DNA of 64,000 nt from Candidatus Rokuibacteriota bacterium (lineage in GTDB: Bacteria > Methylomirabilota > Methylomirabilia > Rokubacteriales > DASRDR01): the NCBI GenBank assembly GCA_044866005.1, contig JBIOTN010000175.1, forward strand, positions 6,330 to 70,329, given 5' to 3'. Position 1 is the stretch's first letter. The number at the start of each line of letters is the position of its first letter. Positions 26,868 to 36,229 of the stretch are shown one piece after another. The notes under the pieces are model-generated. The model saw nothing but the letters and a program-made list of their open reading frames with translations, was not told where the DNA came from and did not search any database. The translations under genes and the position numbers were made by a program.

Positions 26868-28082
26868 TCATGCCGCTTTCTCCGTCGCCGGCACCCGCTT
26901 CCGCGGCGTGGGCACCCACTCCCGCGAGGCCCCGCCCAGGACCAGGGCGCAGTACCAGACCTTGGCGACCGCGTAGACCGGCCCGTACACGAACAGCGCG
27001 GCATAGGCGCGCGCCGGCACGCGAGCGAGCGCGCACCCGGTGAAGACGTAAAAGGCCTGCGCCGCGAGCAGGCCGGCCCAGATCACCGCCGGCGCGACGG
27101 GGCCGCCAGCGAGCCACGAGAGGCCGTGGAGCATCGCCGGGCCGGCGGTCCCGGCCGCGAGCAAGGCGAAGGGCGGCGTCGCCAGGTCCAGCATCAGGTC
27201 GAGATAGGGCACGCGCGCCCGGCCCGTCCGGGCCGTCGCGGCGCGGAGCAGCGGCACGAGGGCTCGCCGCGCCAGGGCGAACCGACCGCCCTCCCAGCGC
27301 AGCTCCTGGCTCCGCGCCGTCTTCATGGTCGGCTCCATGACCGTCTCGACCACGGCCCGGGGCACGAACACCGAGCGGATCCCGTGGAAGACGAGCCGGA
27401 GGTGGTACTCCTGGTCCTCCGCCACCGAGGCCGTCTCCCAGGGGACCTCCCGCAGCACTGCCCGGGTGAGGCAGATGCCGTTCCCCTGGAGGCCGGCCGA
27501 AGCGCCCAGCGCCTGCCGTCCCGCAGGACGCAGGTAGTGGATGAGCGCCATGTCCGCCGCCATCAGCGCGGTCCGCCAGCTCTCGTCGGCATTGCCAACG
27601 GCGCAGTACGCTTGCACGACCCGCGCTCCGGCCTGAAGGGCCAGATCCAGCTCGGTGAGCAGATCCGGCGCGGGGCGCGAGTCGGCGTCGAGGATGACGA
27701 ACGCGTCGTGACGGCGCTCGGGAAGCAGTCGCGCGAAGGCCCAGCCGAGCGCGGCGCCCTTGCTGCGGCGCGTGGGATCGCGGCGCTGGAGGACCCGCGC
27801 CCCGTGGGCCAGCGCGACCACCGCGGTGCCGTCGTCGCAGTTGTCGGCGACGACGATGACCTCGTAGCGTGGACGGGGATAGTCGAGCGCGTCGAGCGCG
27901 GCGAGCAGCTCAGGCAGCATCGCCGCCTCGTTGTGCGCGGGGACCACCACGGCGAACCGGTGGCGCGGCGCGCGCGGCGCCCGGCGCGCCGGGCGGGCGA
28001 CCGCCGCCGCGCCCGCCACCAGGGCCAGGTAGCCCGTGAAGACGGCGGCCAGCGCGATCAGCGGGAGCTCAGCGAGCCACAT
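26868..28082 (-). CDS. GT2 membrane glycosyltransferase
   Basis: FAVVVPAHNEAAMLPE...VIVVADNCDDGT...ILDADS, with C-terminal TM helices. Confidence 0.85.
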   Translation of the reverse strand: MWLAELPLIALAAVFTGYLALVAGAAAVARPARRAPRAPRHRFAVVVPAHNEAAMLPELLAALDALDYPRPRYEVIVVADNCDDGTAVVALAHGARVLQRRDPTRRSKGAALGWAFARLLPERRHDAFVILDADSRPAPDLLTELDLALQAGARVVQAYCAVGNADESWRTALMAADMALIHYLRPAGRQALGASAGLQGNGICLTRAVLREVPWETASVAEDQEYHLRLVFHGIRSVFVPRAVVETVMEPTMKTARSQELRWEGGRFALARRALVPLLRAATARTGRARVPYLDLMLDLATPPFALLAAGTAGPAMLHGLSWLAGGPVAPAVIWAGLLAAQAFYVFTGCALARVPARAYAALFVYGPVYAVAKVWYCALVLGGASREWVPTPRKRVPATEKAA

Positions 28083-28090
28083 GGGTGCCC

Positions 28091-30331
28091 TCAGGCGCTC
28101 TCGCGTCGGCCATCGTGCGCGTAATAGCCGTAGTTGGCGTAGAAGTACCGGTTACGGGAGAGCCGCACGTCGTTGAGCACGACGCCGAGGATCCGGGCCC
28201 CCAGGGCCTCGAGGCGGTCCCGCGCGATCTGGACGGCCTCCACCGGCGTGGCGTGGGCGCGGACCACCAGGAGCACGCCGTCCACGAGCGACGCCAGCAC
28301 GGAGGCGTCCGAGACGGCCAGGACGGGCGGGGAGTCGATGATGATCCAGGGGAACCGTTGCCGGAGCGTTCCCAGCAGGGTGCGCGCGCGCTCCGAGGAG
28401 AGCAGCGCGGCCGGATCGGGCGGCTTCGGCCCCGCCGGCAGGAACGTGAGGTTCGCGATCCCCGTCGTCACGAGCGCGACATCATGCGGCAGCCCGCGGT
28501 AGAGGAGCGAGGAGAGCCCCACCCGCGGGGACTCGATCCCGAACGCGCGATGACAGGCCGAGCGGCGGAAGTCCGCGTCGATCAGCAAGACCGTCTCGCC
28601 GCCTTCGGCGAGCGCGACCGCGAGGTTCACCGCGCTGAACGACTTGCCCTCCTGGGGCTGGGCGCTCGTCACCAGGATCGTGCGCGGCGTGTCGAAGGCG
28701 CGGCTGTGCAACACCAGCGCGCGGATCGATCGGAACGCCTCGCCGGCGATCTGCGCCGGCCAGGACAGCGCGTCCTCCGGAACCGCGCGCGTCGGCAGGT
28801 CCTCGAGCGCCGGGAGCGACTGGCGCGTATAGCTGCGCACCGACGGGACGGTGCCGAGGTTCGGCAAGCGGACGAGCAGATCGACCTCGCGCGGCGTCCG
28901 CAGCGTCTGATCGCCCGCCTCCCGGAAGAACGCGAGGGCGGCGCCGCCGATCAGGCCGGCGATGGTGGCGAGCAGCAAATCGCGGGTCTTCTTCGGGCTG
29001 GCGGGCCGGAGCGGCGCCCGGGCCGGGTCGGCGATCTTCACGTTCGTCACGCGGAGCTGGGCGGCGAGCTGCAGCTCCTTCAGCCGCTTCATCAGCTCGG
29101 CGTACACGGACTCGGTCGCGTCCGATTCCTTCTTGAGGAGCTGGAGCTGCATCTGCCGGGCGTGCTGGCTGATCGCCTCGCGCCGCTGGGAATCGAGCCG
29201 CCGGCCCAGCTCCGCCGCGCGGCGCGTCGCCGCCTGGTATTCCTGCTGGACCGCGTCCTTCGCCTTCTTGGTCTCGGTGTCGAGCCGGAGCTTCGCCAGC
29301 GAGAGCTCCGCCTCCAGCTCGATCATCTTGGGATGCTGCGGCCCGTACACCGTCTTGGCCCGCGCCAGCTCGCGCTCCAGCCGGGTGTACTCGCCCTTGA
29401 GGTTCCGGACGAGCTCGCTTCCCAGGGCGGCCGCCAGCGTCTCGGGGTCGGCGGAGGCGAGCATCCGGTAGCGCGCCTCCTTCTGGATACGGTCGCTCTC
29501 CGCCTCGGTGTAGGCGCGGTTCTGGTCGTCGAGCTGCTGGAGGACGAACTCCGTCTTGCCCTCGCGCGTCGGCACCAGGTTGTTCTTCTCGACGAACTGC
29601 TGGATGACGCCGCTCGCCTCCTGCGTGCGGGCGCGCAGACCGCCGAGCTGGTCCTCCAGCCACCGGCTGGCCGCCTCCGACGCCTCCCGCCGCTGGGCGT
29701 TCGTCATGGCGATGTACTCGCTGGCGATCGCGTTGGGAATGGCCGCCGCCAGGTCCCGGTCGGGGACGCGCGCGCTGATCCGCACGAGCCGGCTCCGCTT
29801 GACGGGCTCGATCTTGATGTCCTGCTCCAGGCCCTCGATGAACTCGTCCATGCCCGCCGACGGCTTCGGCGCGGCGGGACGCAGGCCCACCAGCCGGGCG
29901 GCGAAGGCGAAGACCTGTTCCCGCCGGCTCTGGCCCGGGGCGAAGGCGGGATGACGGGGAAGGTCGAGCCGCTCGGCCATCCGGGCGAGGAGCGTCCGGC
30001 TCCCCAGCAACTCGAACTGCGTCTGGTAGTAGGCGTCGAACACCCGCTCGTTCGCCGATTCCTCGTTCGGAGAGAGCTCCTGGAACGCGACCACGCGCGG
30101 CCGCTCGGGATCGATCTGGATCACGGCCGCGGCCTCGTAGAGCGGCCGCGTGGTGAAGCTCCACGTCGCGACCAGGCCCATCACGGCCGCGGTGAAGCCG
30201 AGAATCAGCCAGCGGCGGCCGACGAGGATGTCCCAGATGCTGCGCGCGGGCCGCTCGCCCTCGATGCGGACCACCTCGAGCTCGCGGTCGCCCGGCAGCG
30301 CGGACATCGGCCGGTGCGGGATCTCTCGCAT
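28091..30331 (-). CDS. polysaccharide co-polymerase / tyrosine autokinase (Wzc/EpsV-like PCP-2a)
   Basis: Wzz-like TM plus a long coiled-coil periplasmic domain, then a C-terminal P-loop kinase (SAQPQEGKSFSAVNLA, Walker A; DADFRRS; C-terminal YANYGYYAHD tyrosine cluster). Confidence 0.9.
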   Translation of the reverse strand: MREIPHRPMSALPGDRELEVVRIEGERPARSIWDILVGRRWLILGFTAAVMGLVATWSFTTRPLYEAAAVIQIDPERPRVVAFQELSPNEESANERVFDAYYQTQFELLGSRTLLARMAERLDLPRHPAFAPGQSRREQVFAFAARLVGLRPAAPKPSAGMDEFIEGLEQDIKIEPVKRSRLVRISARVPDRDLAAAIPNAIASEYIAMTNAQRREASEAASRWLEDQLGGLRARTQEASGVIQQFVEKNNLVPTREGKTEFVLQQLDDQNRAYTEAESDRIQKEARYRMLASADPETLAAALGSELVRNLKGEYTRLERELARAKTVYGPQHPKMIELEAELSLAKLRLDTETKKAKDAVQQEYQAATRRAAELGRRLDSQRREAISQHARQMQLQLLKKESDATESVYAELMKRLKELQLAAQLRVTNVKIADPARAPLRPASPKKTRDLLLATIAGLIGGAALAFFREAGDQTLRTPREVDLLVRLPNLGTVPSVRSYTRQSLPALEDLPTRAVPEDALSWPAQIAGEAFRSIRALVLHSRAFDTPRTILVTSAQPQEGKSFSAVNLAVALAEGGETVLLIDADFRRSACHRAFGIESPRVGLSSLLYRGLPHDVALVTTGIANLTFLPAGPKPPDPAALLSSERARTLLGTLRQRFPWIIIDSPPVLAVSDASVLASLVDGVLLVVRAHATPVEAVQIARDRLEALGARILGVVLNDVRLSRNRYFYANYGYYAHDGRRESA

Positions 30332-30353
30332 CAGACGCTCCTTGCGGTGTCGC

Positions 30354-31403
30354 TCACGGTGAAATCCCGATGCTGAAGATGCCTTTGAAGAAGTCGAGGA
30401 CGCCGTAGGCCGCCGTCTTGGCGCCGCTCGCCGGGACCACGACGACGTCCTGCGCCTGGAGCGCGACGTCCTGGCTCCGGTCGCCGGCCATGACGGCCTT
30501 GAGGTCGATCCCCCCGATCTCCTTCTTCTCCCCGGTCGGCAGCGTCCGAACGATCTTGATCTCCCGGGTCGCCGCCCGGTTGGTCACGCCGCCGGCCTCG
30601 GTGATCGCCTTGGAGATCGTGGTGTCGCGGCGCAGCGTGTAGGCCCCGCGCTTCTCCACCTCGCCCGCGACGTAGTAGGTGTTCGCCTCCGGGACGTAGA
30701 CGGAGTCTCCCGGCTCGAGCACGACGTTCTGGCGCGGGTCGCCGCTCCGCAGCAGCGCTTCGAGGTCCACGGTGACCGGCTGGGGCTCGCCCTGCCGCGG
30801 CTTCGCGCGGAGCACGTAGGCGACCCGGTCGGCGTTTTCCTTGACGCCCTTGGCCTCGGACATGGCGAGGAGCACGGTCGTGGAGTTGCTCTTCAGCGCG
30901 TACGATCCCGGCTGGTTGACCGCGCCCATGACCGCGACCTGCCGGCCCTGGAACTCCGTCACGCTGACGGTCACCTTCGGGTTGAGGAGGTAGCGGCCGC
31001 GAAGGCCGGACTCGAGCTTCTCCTCGACTTCCTTCGGAGACAGGCCCACGACGGGGACCTCGCCCAGGAGCGGAAGCGTGATCGTCCCCGTCTCGCTCAC
31101 GCGGACGGTGCGGCTGAGGTCCTCCTGCCCGTAGACGTGGATCGCCAGCTGGTCCTTGGGCGCGACCTTGTAGTCGCCCTCGGGAGCGGTGGCCGGCGTC
31201 GGCGGAGGCTGGAGCGAGACCGGCGGGGGCGCGAGCGTCGGGCCGCCCGGCGGCGTCACCGCGCCCGACGGCGTCGCCGCTCGCCCGGTCGCGGGGCTCG
31301 ACGCCGCCGGCCGGGCTCCCTCGGCGGGAGCCTTCGAGGCAGTGGCGCAGCCGCTGCCCGCGATCAAACTGCCGATCAGAGCGAACACAATCCCATGCCG
31401 CAT
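30354..31403 (-). CDS. outer-membrane polysaccharide export lipoprotein (Wza/OPX family)
   Basis: MRHGIVFALIGSLIAGSGC lipobox, Pro/Ala-rich linker, PES and SLBB-like motifs (YKVAPKDQLAIHVYG, VAVMGAVNQPGSYAL). ATG 31403 follows the RBS GAGGGG. Confidence 0.85.
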   Translation of the reverse strand: MRHGIVFALIGSLIAGSGCATASKAPAEGARPAASSPATGRAATPSGAVTPPGGPTLAPPPVSLQPPPTPATAPEGDYKVAPKDQLAIHVYGQEDLSRTVRVSETGTITLPLLGEVPVVGLSPKEVEEKLESGLRGRYLLNPKVTVSVTEFQGRQVAVMGAVNQPGSYALKSNSTTVLLAMSEAKGVKENADRVAYVLRAKPRQGEPQPVTVDLEALLRSGDPRQNVVLEPGDSVYVPEANTYYVAGEVEKRGAYTLRRDTTISKAITEAGGVTNRAATREIKIVRTLPTGEKKEIGGIDLKAVMAGDRSQDVALQAQDVVVVPASGAKTAAYGVLDFFKGIFSIGISP

Positions 31404-31430
31404 CGTACGCACTGCCCCTCCCGACCGCGG

Positions 31431-31446
31431 AGCAAGGGATGTGCCA
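31431..31446 (-). promoter_or_regulatory. sigma-54 (-24/-12) promoter driving wza-wzc-GT2-PHPT
   Basis: Minus-strand sequence TGGCACatcccTTGCT matches TGGCAC-N5-TTGCW exactly. The predicted TSS near 31420 leaves a 17-nt leader containing GAGGGG before ATG 31403. Confidence 0.6.
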
Positions 31447-31682
31447 GGGAGGGGGGCACTTCCCGGGACCCTTCGCGGAAGCGTCCCCGCTCCACGGTCC
31501 GATCGCGGGTCCGGACATCTGAGGTCCGGCCCCGGACTGGGCCGCTGCCGGTTGTGGCCCTGCATATCCCCGGCCGGCGGAGCGCGCGACCCAAAGTTGC
31601 CCACGTCAGTGCAACAATTTCCGGGGGCGGGCGGGGCGCGTGGCCGATGACCGGCCGAGGCGACGGAAGCGGAGCGGTCCAC

Positions 31683-31698
31683 TGGCACGCCCATTGCT
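31683..31698 (+). promoter_or_regulatory. sigma-54 (-24/-12) promoter driving wzy-RR-wzx-deacetylase
   Basis: TGGCACgcccaTTGCT, with GG and GC at the canonical 10-nt spacing, about 20 nt upstream of ATG 31718. Confidence 0.6.
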
Positions 31699-31717
31699 GC
31701 CTCCGGAGAAACGAGCC

Positions 31718-33193
31718 ATGCGCGCCGTGGCGTCGTTCTCCCGGGTCCGCCCCGAAGAAGCCCTGCTCGTCGGCCTCACCGCCCTCGCCCTGGTGGCCGG
31801 GCTCACGGTCGGCGCCGAGACGCCGCTCGCCTACCTCGTCCTGGCGGTCCCCGTCGTCGCCGGCCTGGCGATGTGGCGGCCGGTCTACGGCCTCGCCCTC
31901 CTGCTCGGGGCGGTCCTCTTCTCCGAGCAGTACACGATCGAGACACTCGCGGGCGACATCAAGCCCTTCCTGCTCCAGAACCTGCCGATCTTCGAGAGCC
32001 TCGACCGCTTCACCCCGGTGCCGGTCAAGACGAACGTCGTCGAGCTCTGGCTCATCGGCCTGACCGTCATCTGGGCCGTCAAGGCGATCGCCGCCCACCG
32101 GTTCCAGCTCCGCCCCGTCCCGTGCACCGTCGCCTGGATGCTCGCCGGCATCACCCTCGCCGTCACGTTCGTGCGGGGGATGTCGAGCGGCGGCGACCTG
32201 AGCGCGGCGATCGTGGAGGTCCGAGCGCTCGGCTACCTGATCGGGCTCACCTGGCTCGTCCCGCAGATCGTCGAGCACCGGCGCGACGTCGGGCTGCTCG
32301 TCGGGGTGATGGTGATCGCGCTCGCCGCCAAAGCGGTACAGGGCCTCTACCGGTACTTCGTCATCCTCGGCATGCACCTCGACCTGACCCAGACGTTTCT
32401 GGCGCACGAGGATCCCGTGATGTTCGTGCCGCTCTTCTACCTCATGATCGCGCTCTGGGGCGCGTCGACGGAGCTCCGGCTCCGGCGCCTGCTGCAGGTC
32501 AGCACGCCGATCATGTTCGCCGCGCTGGTGCTGACGCAGCGGCGCATCGCCTACATCACGCTCTGCCTGTGCGCGGTCTTCTTCGCCTTCATCCTCGCGC
32601 CGGCCGCCCGCCGGACGTTCCTGCGCGTGACCGTGCCGATCGCGCTCGCCGGGGCGGCTTACGCCGTGGCGTTCGCGGGCTCCTCCTCGCCGCTGGCGCA
32701 GCCCATCGACCGCGCGCTCACCCTCTTCGACCCGACGAACCGGTCGAACCTCTACCGGCTGATCGAGCTGGAGAACCTCCGCTACACGATCCAGCTCCAC
32801 CCGTGGGGCATCGGCTTCGGTCAGCGGTACGAGATTCTCCGGTCGCTGCCCAAGCTCGATTGGGCGCTCTACGAGTACATCCCGCACAACGAGATCCTGT
32901 GGATCTGGGTCAAGGCCGGCTGGATCGGCTTCATCCTCGTGATGTTCTTCTTCGCCCGCGTCGTGATCGAGGCGGTGTGGACCTACCGGCGGCTTCGCGA
33001 TCCGCTCCTGTCCGCGGTGGCGGCCGTCGTCGGGATCGCCGTCGTGAACCAGCTCTTCGCCTCGTACTACGAGCTCCAGCTGACGTACGGGCGGAACATG
33101 ATCTACCTCGGCACGCTGATCGGACTCCTCGGACCGATCCAGGCATGGGGCGGCCTGCGGCCGCCGCCGTCGCTCTGGCGCTGGCGTCTGTAA
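31718..33193 (+). CDS. O-antigen ligase / Wzy-like polysaccharide polymerase
   Basis: About 11 TM helices and the Wzy_C-type loop (YIPHNEILWIWVKAGWIGFILVMFF). ATG follows GGAGAAA. Confidence 0.8.
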   Translation: MRAVASFSRVRPEEALLVGLTALALVAGLTVGAETPLAYLVLAVPVVAGLAMWRPVYGLALLLGAVLFSEQYTIETLAGDIKPFLLQNLPIFESLDRFTPVPVKTNVVELWLIGLTVIWAVKAIAAHRFQLRPVPCTVAWMLAGITLAVTFVRGMSSGGDLSAAIVEVRALGYLIGLTWLVPQIVEHRRDVGLLVGVMVIALAAKAVQGLYRYFVILGMHLDLTQTFLAHEDPVMFVPLFYLMIALWGASTELRLRRLLQVSTPIMFAALVLTQRRIAYITLCLCAVFFAFILAPAARRTFLRVTVPIALAGAAYAVAFAGSSSPLAQPIDRALTLFDPTNRSNLYRLIELENLRYTIQLHPWGIGFGQRYEILRSLPKLDWALYEYIPHNEILWIWVKAGWIGFILVMFFFARVVIEAVWTYRRLRDPLLSAVAAVVGIAVVNQLFASYYELQLTYGRNMIYLGTLIGLLGPIQAWGGLRPPPSLWRWRL

Positions 33194-33205
33194 AGGGGAA
33201 ACAGG

Positions 33206-33619
33206 ATGAAGGGGGCCGGAGGGCGGCCGCCGGCGATCCTCGTCGCCGACGACGACGTGGCGATCACCGCGACGTTCGAGAACATCCTCCGGAGCGAGGG
33301 GTACGACGTCGCCACGGCGAGCGACGGGCTGGAGGCGGTCGAGCTGGCGCGGGCGCGTCGGTTCGACCTGATCCTGCTGGACCTCATCATGCCGCGCCAG
33401 GACGGCCTGGCCGCGCTCCGCGAGATCCGCGCCGTCGCGCCGGACAGCCGGGTGGTGATCCTCTCCGCCTACATCGAGCCGGATCGGGAGGCGGAGGCCT
33501 ATCGGCTCGGCGCCGTGGGCGTGCTCGCGAAGCCGCCCGACCTCAAGAAGCTGCTCCGGTTCATCGACGAGCTGACACGCGCCGAGCAGCCAGGCCCCAG
33601 CTCGGGAGCACCCCGATGA
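33206..33619 (+). CDS. single-domain response regulator (CheY-like receiver)
   Basis: ILVADDD...DLILLDLIMP...AKP, 137 aa with no output domain. Confidence 0.85.
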   Translation: MKGAGGRPPAILVADDDVAITATFENILRSEGYDVATASDGLEAVELARARRFDLILLDLIMPRQDGLAALREIRAVAPDSRVVILSAYIEPDREAEAYRLGAVGVLAKPPDLKKLLRFIDELTRAEQPGPSSGAPR

Positions 33620-33635
33620 GCCTTCACGTCGGCCC

Positions 33636-35114
33636 ATGGACCCGCTGAGCAGCATCCTGCGCAACTCCTCCCTCCTCGCCGCGGCTCAGGCGGTGTCGAG
33701 CCTGATCGGGATGGCGCTGGTCGTACTGCTGCCGCGCTTCCTGGGCGACGCGGAGTTCGGCCGCCTCCACCTCGCGCTCTCGCTCACGGGGATGTTCAGC
33801 GTGGCCGTGCAGTTCGGCCTCACCAGCGTGGTGGCGCGGGCGGTGGCGCGTCAGCGGACGCTGGCGCGTCCCTACTTCCGGAGCGCGACGGCCCTGATCA
33901 CGGCGCTGGGCGCGGTGACGTACGTGGTGCTCCTCGCCCTGGTCCGCATCCTGGGCTACCCCGTGCACATCCACGAGCTGGCCGCGATCCTCGGGATCGT
34001 GATGGTCGCCGACGCGCTGTCCGAGACGCTCAGCGCGCTCTTCCTGGCGCACGAGCGGATGCTCGTGCCGGCCGCGGCCCGGATCGTCGGCAACGCTTTC
34101 ACGCTCGCCGTCGCCGTGCCGCTCCTCGCCCACGGCTACGGCGCGCGGGCCGTGGCCACGGTCATGGTGACGGCGGCGGGGCTCCGGCTCATGATCCAGG
34201 CCGCCTCGCTCCGGCGCCTCGACGGCTTCCGGGGCACCGACGCGCCGCCGGCCGGATCCTGGCGCGAGCTCCTCGCGGCGGGCTTTCCGTTCCTCGTGTG
34301 GGAAGCCCTCGGGATCCTCTACTTCCGGATCGACGTCCTGATGCTCGGCCTGATGACCACCGACGCGACCGTCGGCTGGTACGGCGCGGCCTCCCGGCTC
34401 CTCGACGCGCTCGGGTTCGTCCCGCACATCCTGACGGTGGCGACCTTCCCGGTCGCGGCCCGTCTCTGGGTGACCGCCCCCGACGAGTTCCGCGCGATCG
34501 TGCGGAAGGCGCTCCAGCTCATGCTCGTCGTCACGGTCCCCGTGGCGGTCCTCCTCCTGACGCTCGCGCGGGACATCGTGGGGTTCCTCTTCACGCTGGA
34601 GTCGTTCGGGCCGTCGGTCCCCATCCTGAGAATCCACGCGCTGACGCTCGCGGTGCTCTTCATCAACTTCTTCCTGGTCGGGGTGCTCATGGCGATCGGC
34701 CGCGAGCGGGCCTGGATCGCGGTGGCCGGGCTGGCGTGCCTCCTGAACCCCGCCATGAACCTGGTGCTGATCCCCCTGACCGACGCGCGGTTCGCCAACG
34801 GCGGCATCGGCGCGGCGATCGCCACGCTGCTCACCGAGCTGTTCGTCCTGGCCTGCGCCGTGGCGCTCTATCCGGCCGGCACGCTGGGCCGCGCCTCGTG
34901 GCGGATCGCGGCGCAGGCGGCCGGGTCCGGCGCCCTCATGGGGGCGCTCGTCCTGGGGAGTCGCGCGCTGGACCTCCCGTGGATGCTGGCCGCGGTCGTG
35001 GGCGGGCTCGGCTATCTCCTCGCGGTCGTCCGGCTCGGCATCGTGCCCGAGGCCGTCACCGGCCTCGTGCGACGGGGCGCGGCGCGACGCTCCCCGGCGG
35101 AGCTGGTGTCGTGA
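33636..35114 (+). CDS. Wzx-type polysaccharide flippase (MOP superfamily)
   Basis: 492 aa, 12-14 TM helices. N-terminal LLAAAQAVSSLIGMALVVLLPRFLG is typical of polysaccharide biosynthesis proteins. Confidence 0.85.
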   Translation: MDPLSSILRNSSLLAAAQAVSSLIGMALVVLLPRFLGDAEFGRLHLALSLTGMFSVAVQFGLTSVVARAVARQRTLARPYFRSATALITALGAVTYVVLLALVRILGYPVHIHELAAILGIVMVADALSETLSALFLAHERMLVPAAARIVGNAFTLAVAVPLLAHGYGARAVATVMVTAAGLRLMIQAASLRRLDGFRGTDAPPAGSWRELLAAGFPFLVWEALGILYFRIDVLMLGLMTTDATVGWYGAASRLLDALGFVPHILTVATFPVAARLWVTAPDEFRAIVRKALQLMLVVTVPVAVLLLTLARDIVGFLFTLESFGPSVPILRIHALTLAVLFINFFLVGVLMAIGRERAWIAVAGLACLLNPAMNLVLIPLTDARFANGGIGAAIATLLTELFVLACAVALYPAGTLGRASWRIAAQAAGSGALMGALVLGSRALDLPWMLAAVVGGLGYLLAVVRLGIVPEAVTGLVRRGAARRSPAELVS

Positions 35115-35190
35115 GGGCCGCCGGCACCCCCGCGAGCGTGCCCGCCGCCCGGGACGGCCGGACAGGCGCCTCGCCGCCCCGGACCCGCCG

Positions 35191-35973
35191 GTGACGACGC
35201 CCGGCCGCGCCACGCTCGCTTCGTCCCCGGAGCGGAGCCGACGGCGAAAGGCCTCGCTCGGTCAACCGCCCGTCTTCATGTACCACGGCCTCACGCCCCG
35301 GACGGGCAGCCATCCGGGAAGCCTCGCCGTCTCGCGGTTCCGCGCCCAGCTCGCCGCGCTGCGGACGCTGGGCTACCGGTCGATCCGACCCGGCACGCTC
35401 GCCGCGGCCCTCCGCGGCGAGGCCCCGTTGCCCTCAGGCTCGGTCGTGCTCACCTTCGACGACGGCTACCTCGATACGCTCACCGAGGCGCTGCCGCTCC
35501 TCCTGGAGTTCGGCTTCACGGCGACCTGCTACGTGGTGGCGGGCGCCGTCGGCGGCGTCTGCCATTGGACCGACCCGGCGCCGCTCATGGGCTGGGACCA
35601 CCTGCGGAGCTGGCTTGCCGCCGGCATGGAGATCGGGGCCCACTCGGTGAGCCACCGCGACCTCACCCGGCTCGACACCGCGGCGCTCCGGGAGGAGGTC
35701 GAGGGCGCGAAGGCGCGCCTGGAGGACCGGCTCGGGGAAGCGATCCCCACGTTCGCCTATCCTTTCAACCGTGTCGACCGCCGTGCCATGGCGGGAGTCG
35801 AGGCGGCCGGCTACGCGTCGGCCTGCGCCGGCGTGGAGGTCCGCCACTCGCCCTACGCGCTCTCCCGCGTGGACGTCGCCCACGACTCCTGGGCGTGGTT
35901 CGGGCTTCAGCTCCTCCCCGTCTACCACGAGCTTCACGGCGCCTACCGCGCCCTGGTCCCGCGGCGCCGCTGA
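35191..35973 (+). CDS. polysaccharide deacetylase (CE4 / NodB homology)
   Basis: VVLTFDDGY...EIGAHSVSHRDL...PFN. GTG start, with ATG 35278 as the alternative. Confidence 0.8.
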   Translation: MTTPGRATLASSPERSRRRKASLGQPPVFMYHGLTPRTGSHPGSLAVSRFRAQLAALRTLGYRSIRPGTLAAALRGEAPLPSGSVVLTFDDGYLDTLTEALPLLLEFGFTATCYVVAGAVGGVCHWTDPAPLMGWDHLRSWLAAGMEIGAHSVSHRDLTRLDTAALREEVEGAKARLEDRLGEAIPTFAYPFNRVDRRAMAGVEAAGYASACAGVEVRHSPYALSRVDVAHDSWAWFGLQLLPVYHELHGAYRALVPRRR

Positions 35974-36202
35974 GCGCCATCGCGCCCCGCCGCGGCGGCC
36001 ACCCCGGGCCCGCCGCAGGTCCTGTCGCCGCGTCGGGCCGCCGACCGCCCGGGCGCCGCCGCGGGTCCTGTCGCCGGCTCGCCCCGGTCCGGCCGGGCTC
36101 CGTCACCCGCGGCGGCGGGGGCCGGGTCGGGATCACCGCCACCGAACTGCGTTCCGCTCCGCGAGCGGCGGCTTGGCCGCCGCAACTCCAGGGGGAGGTT
36201 TC

Positions 36203-36225
36203 GGAGGGGCCGTCGAGGCCCCCTC
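36203..36225. terminator. GC-rich hairpin between the convergent deacetylase and GH9 genes
   Basis: GGAGGGGCC gtcga GGCCCCTCC is a perfect 9-bp stem with a 5-nt loop. It lies 4 nt downstream of the GH9 stop and is followed on the + strand by GATTCAATT. Confidence 0.35.
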
Positions 36226-36229
36226 CGAT

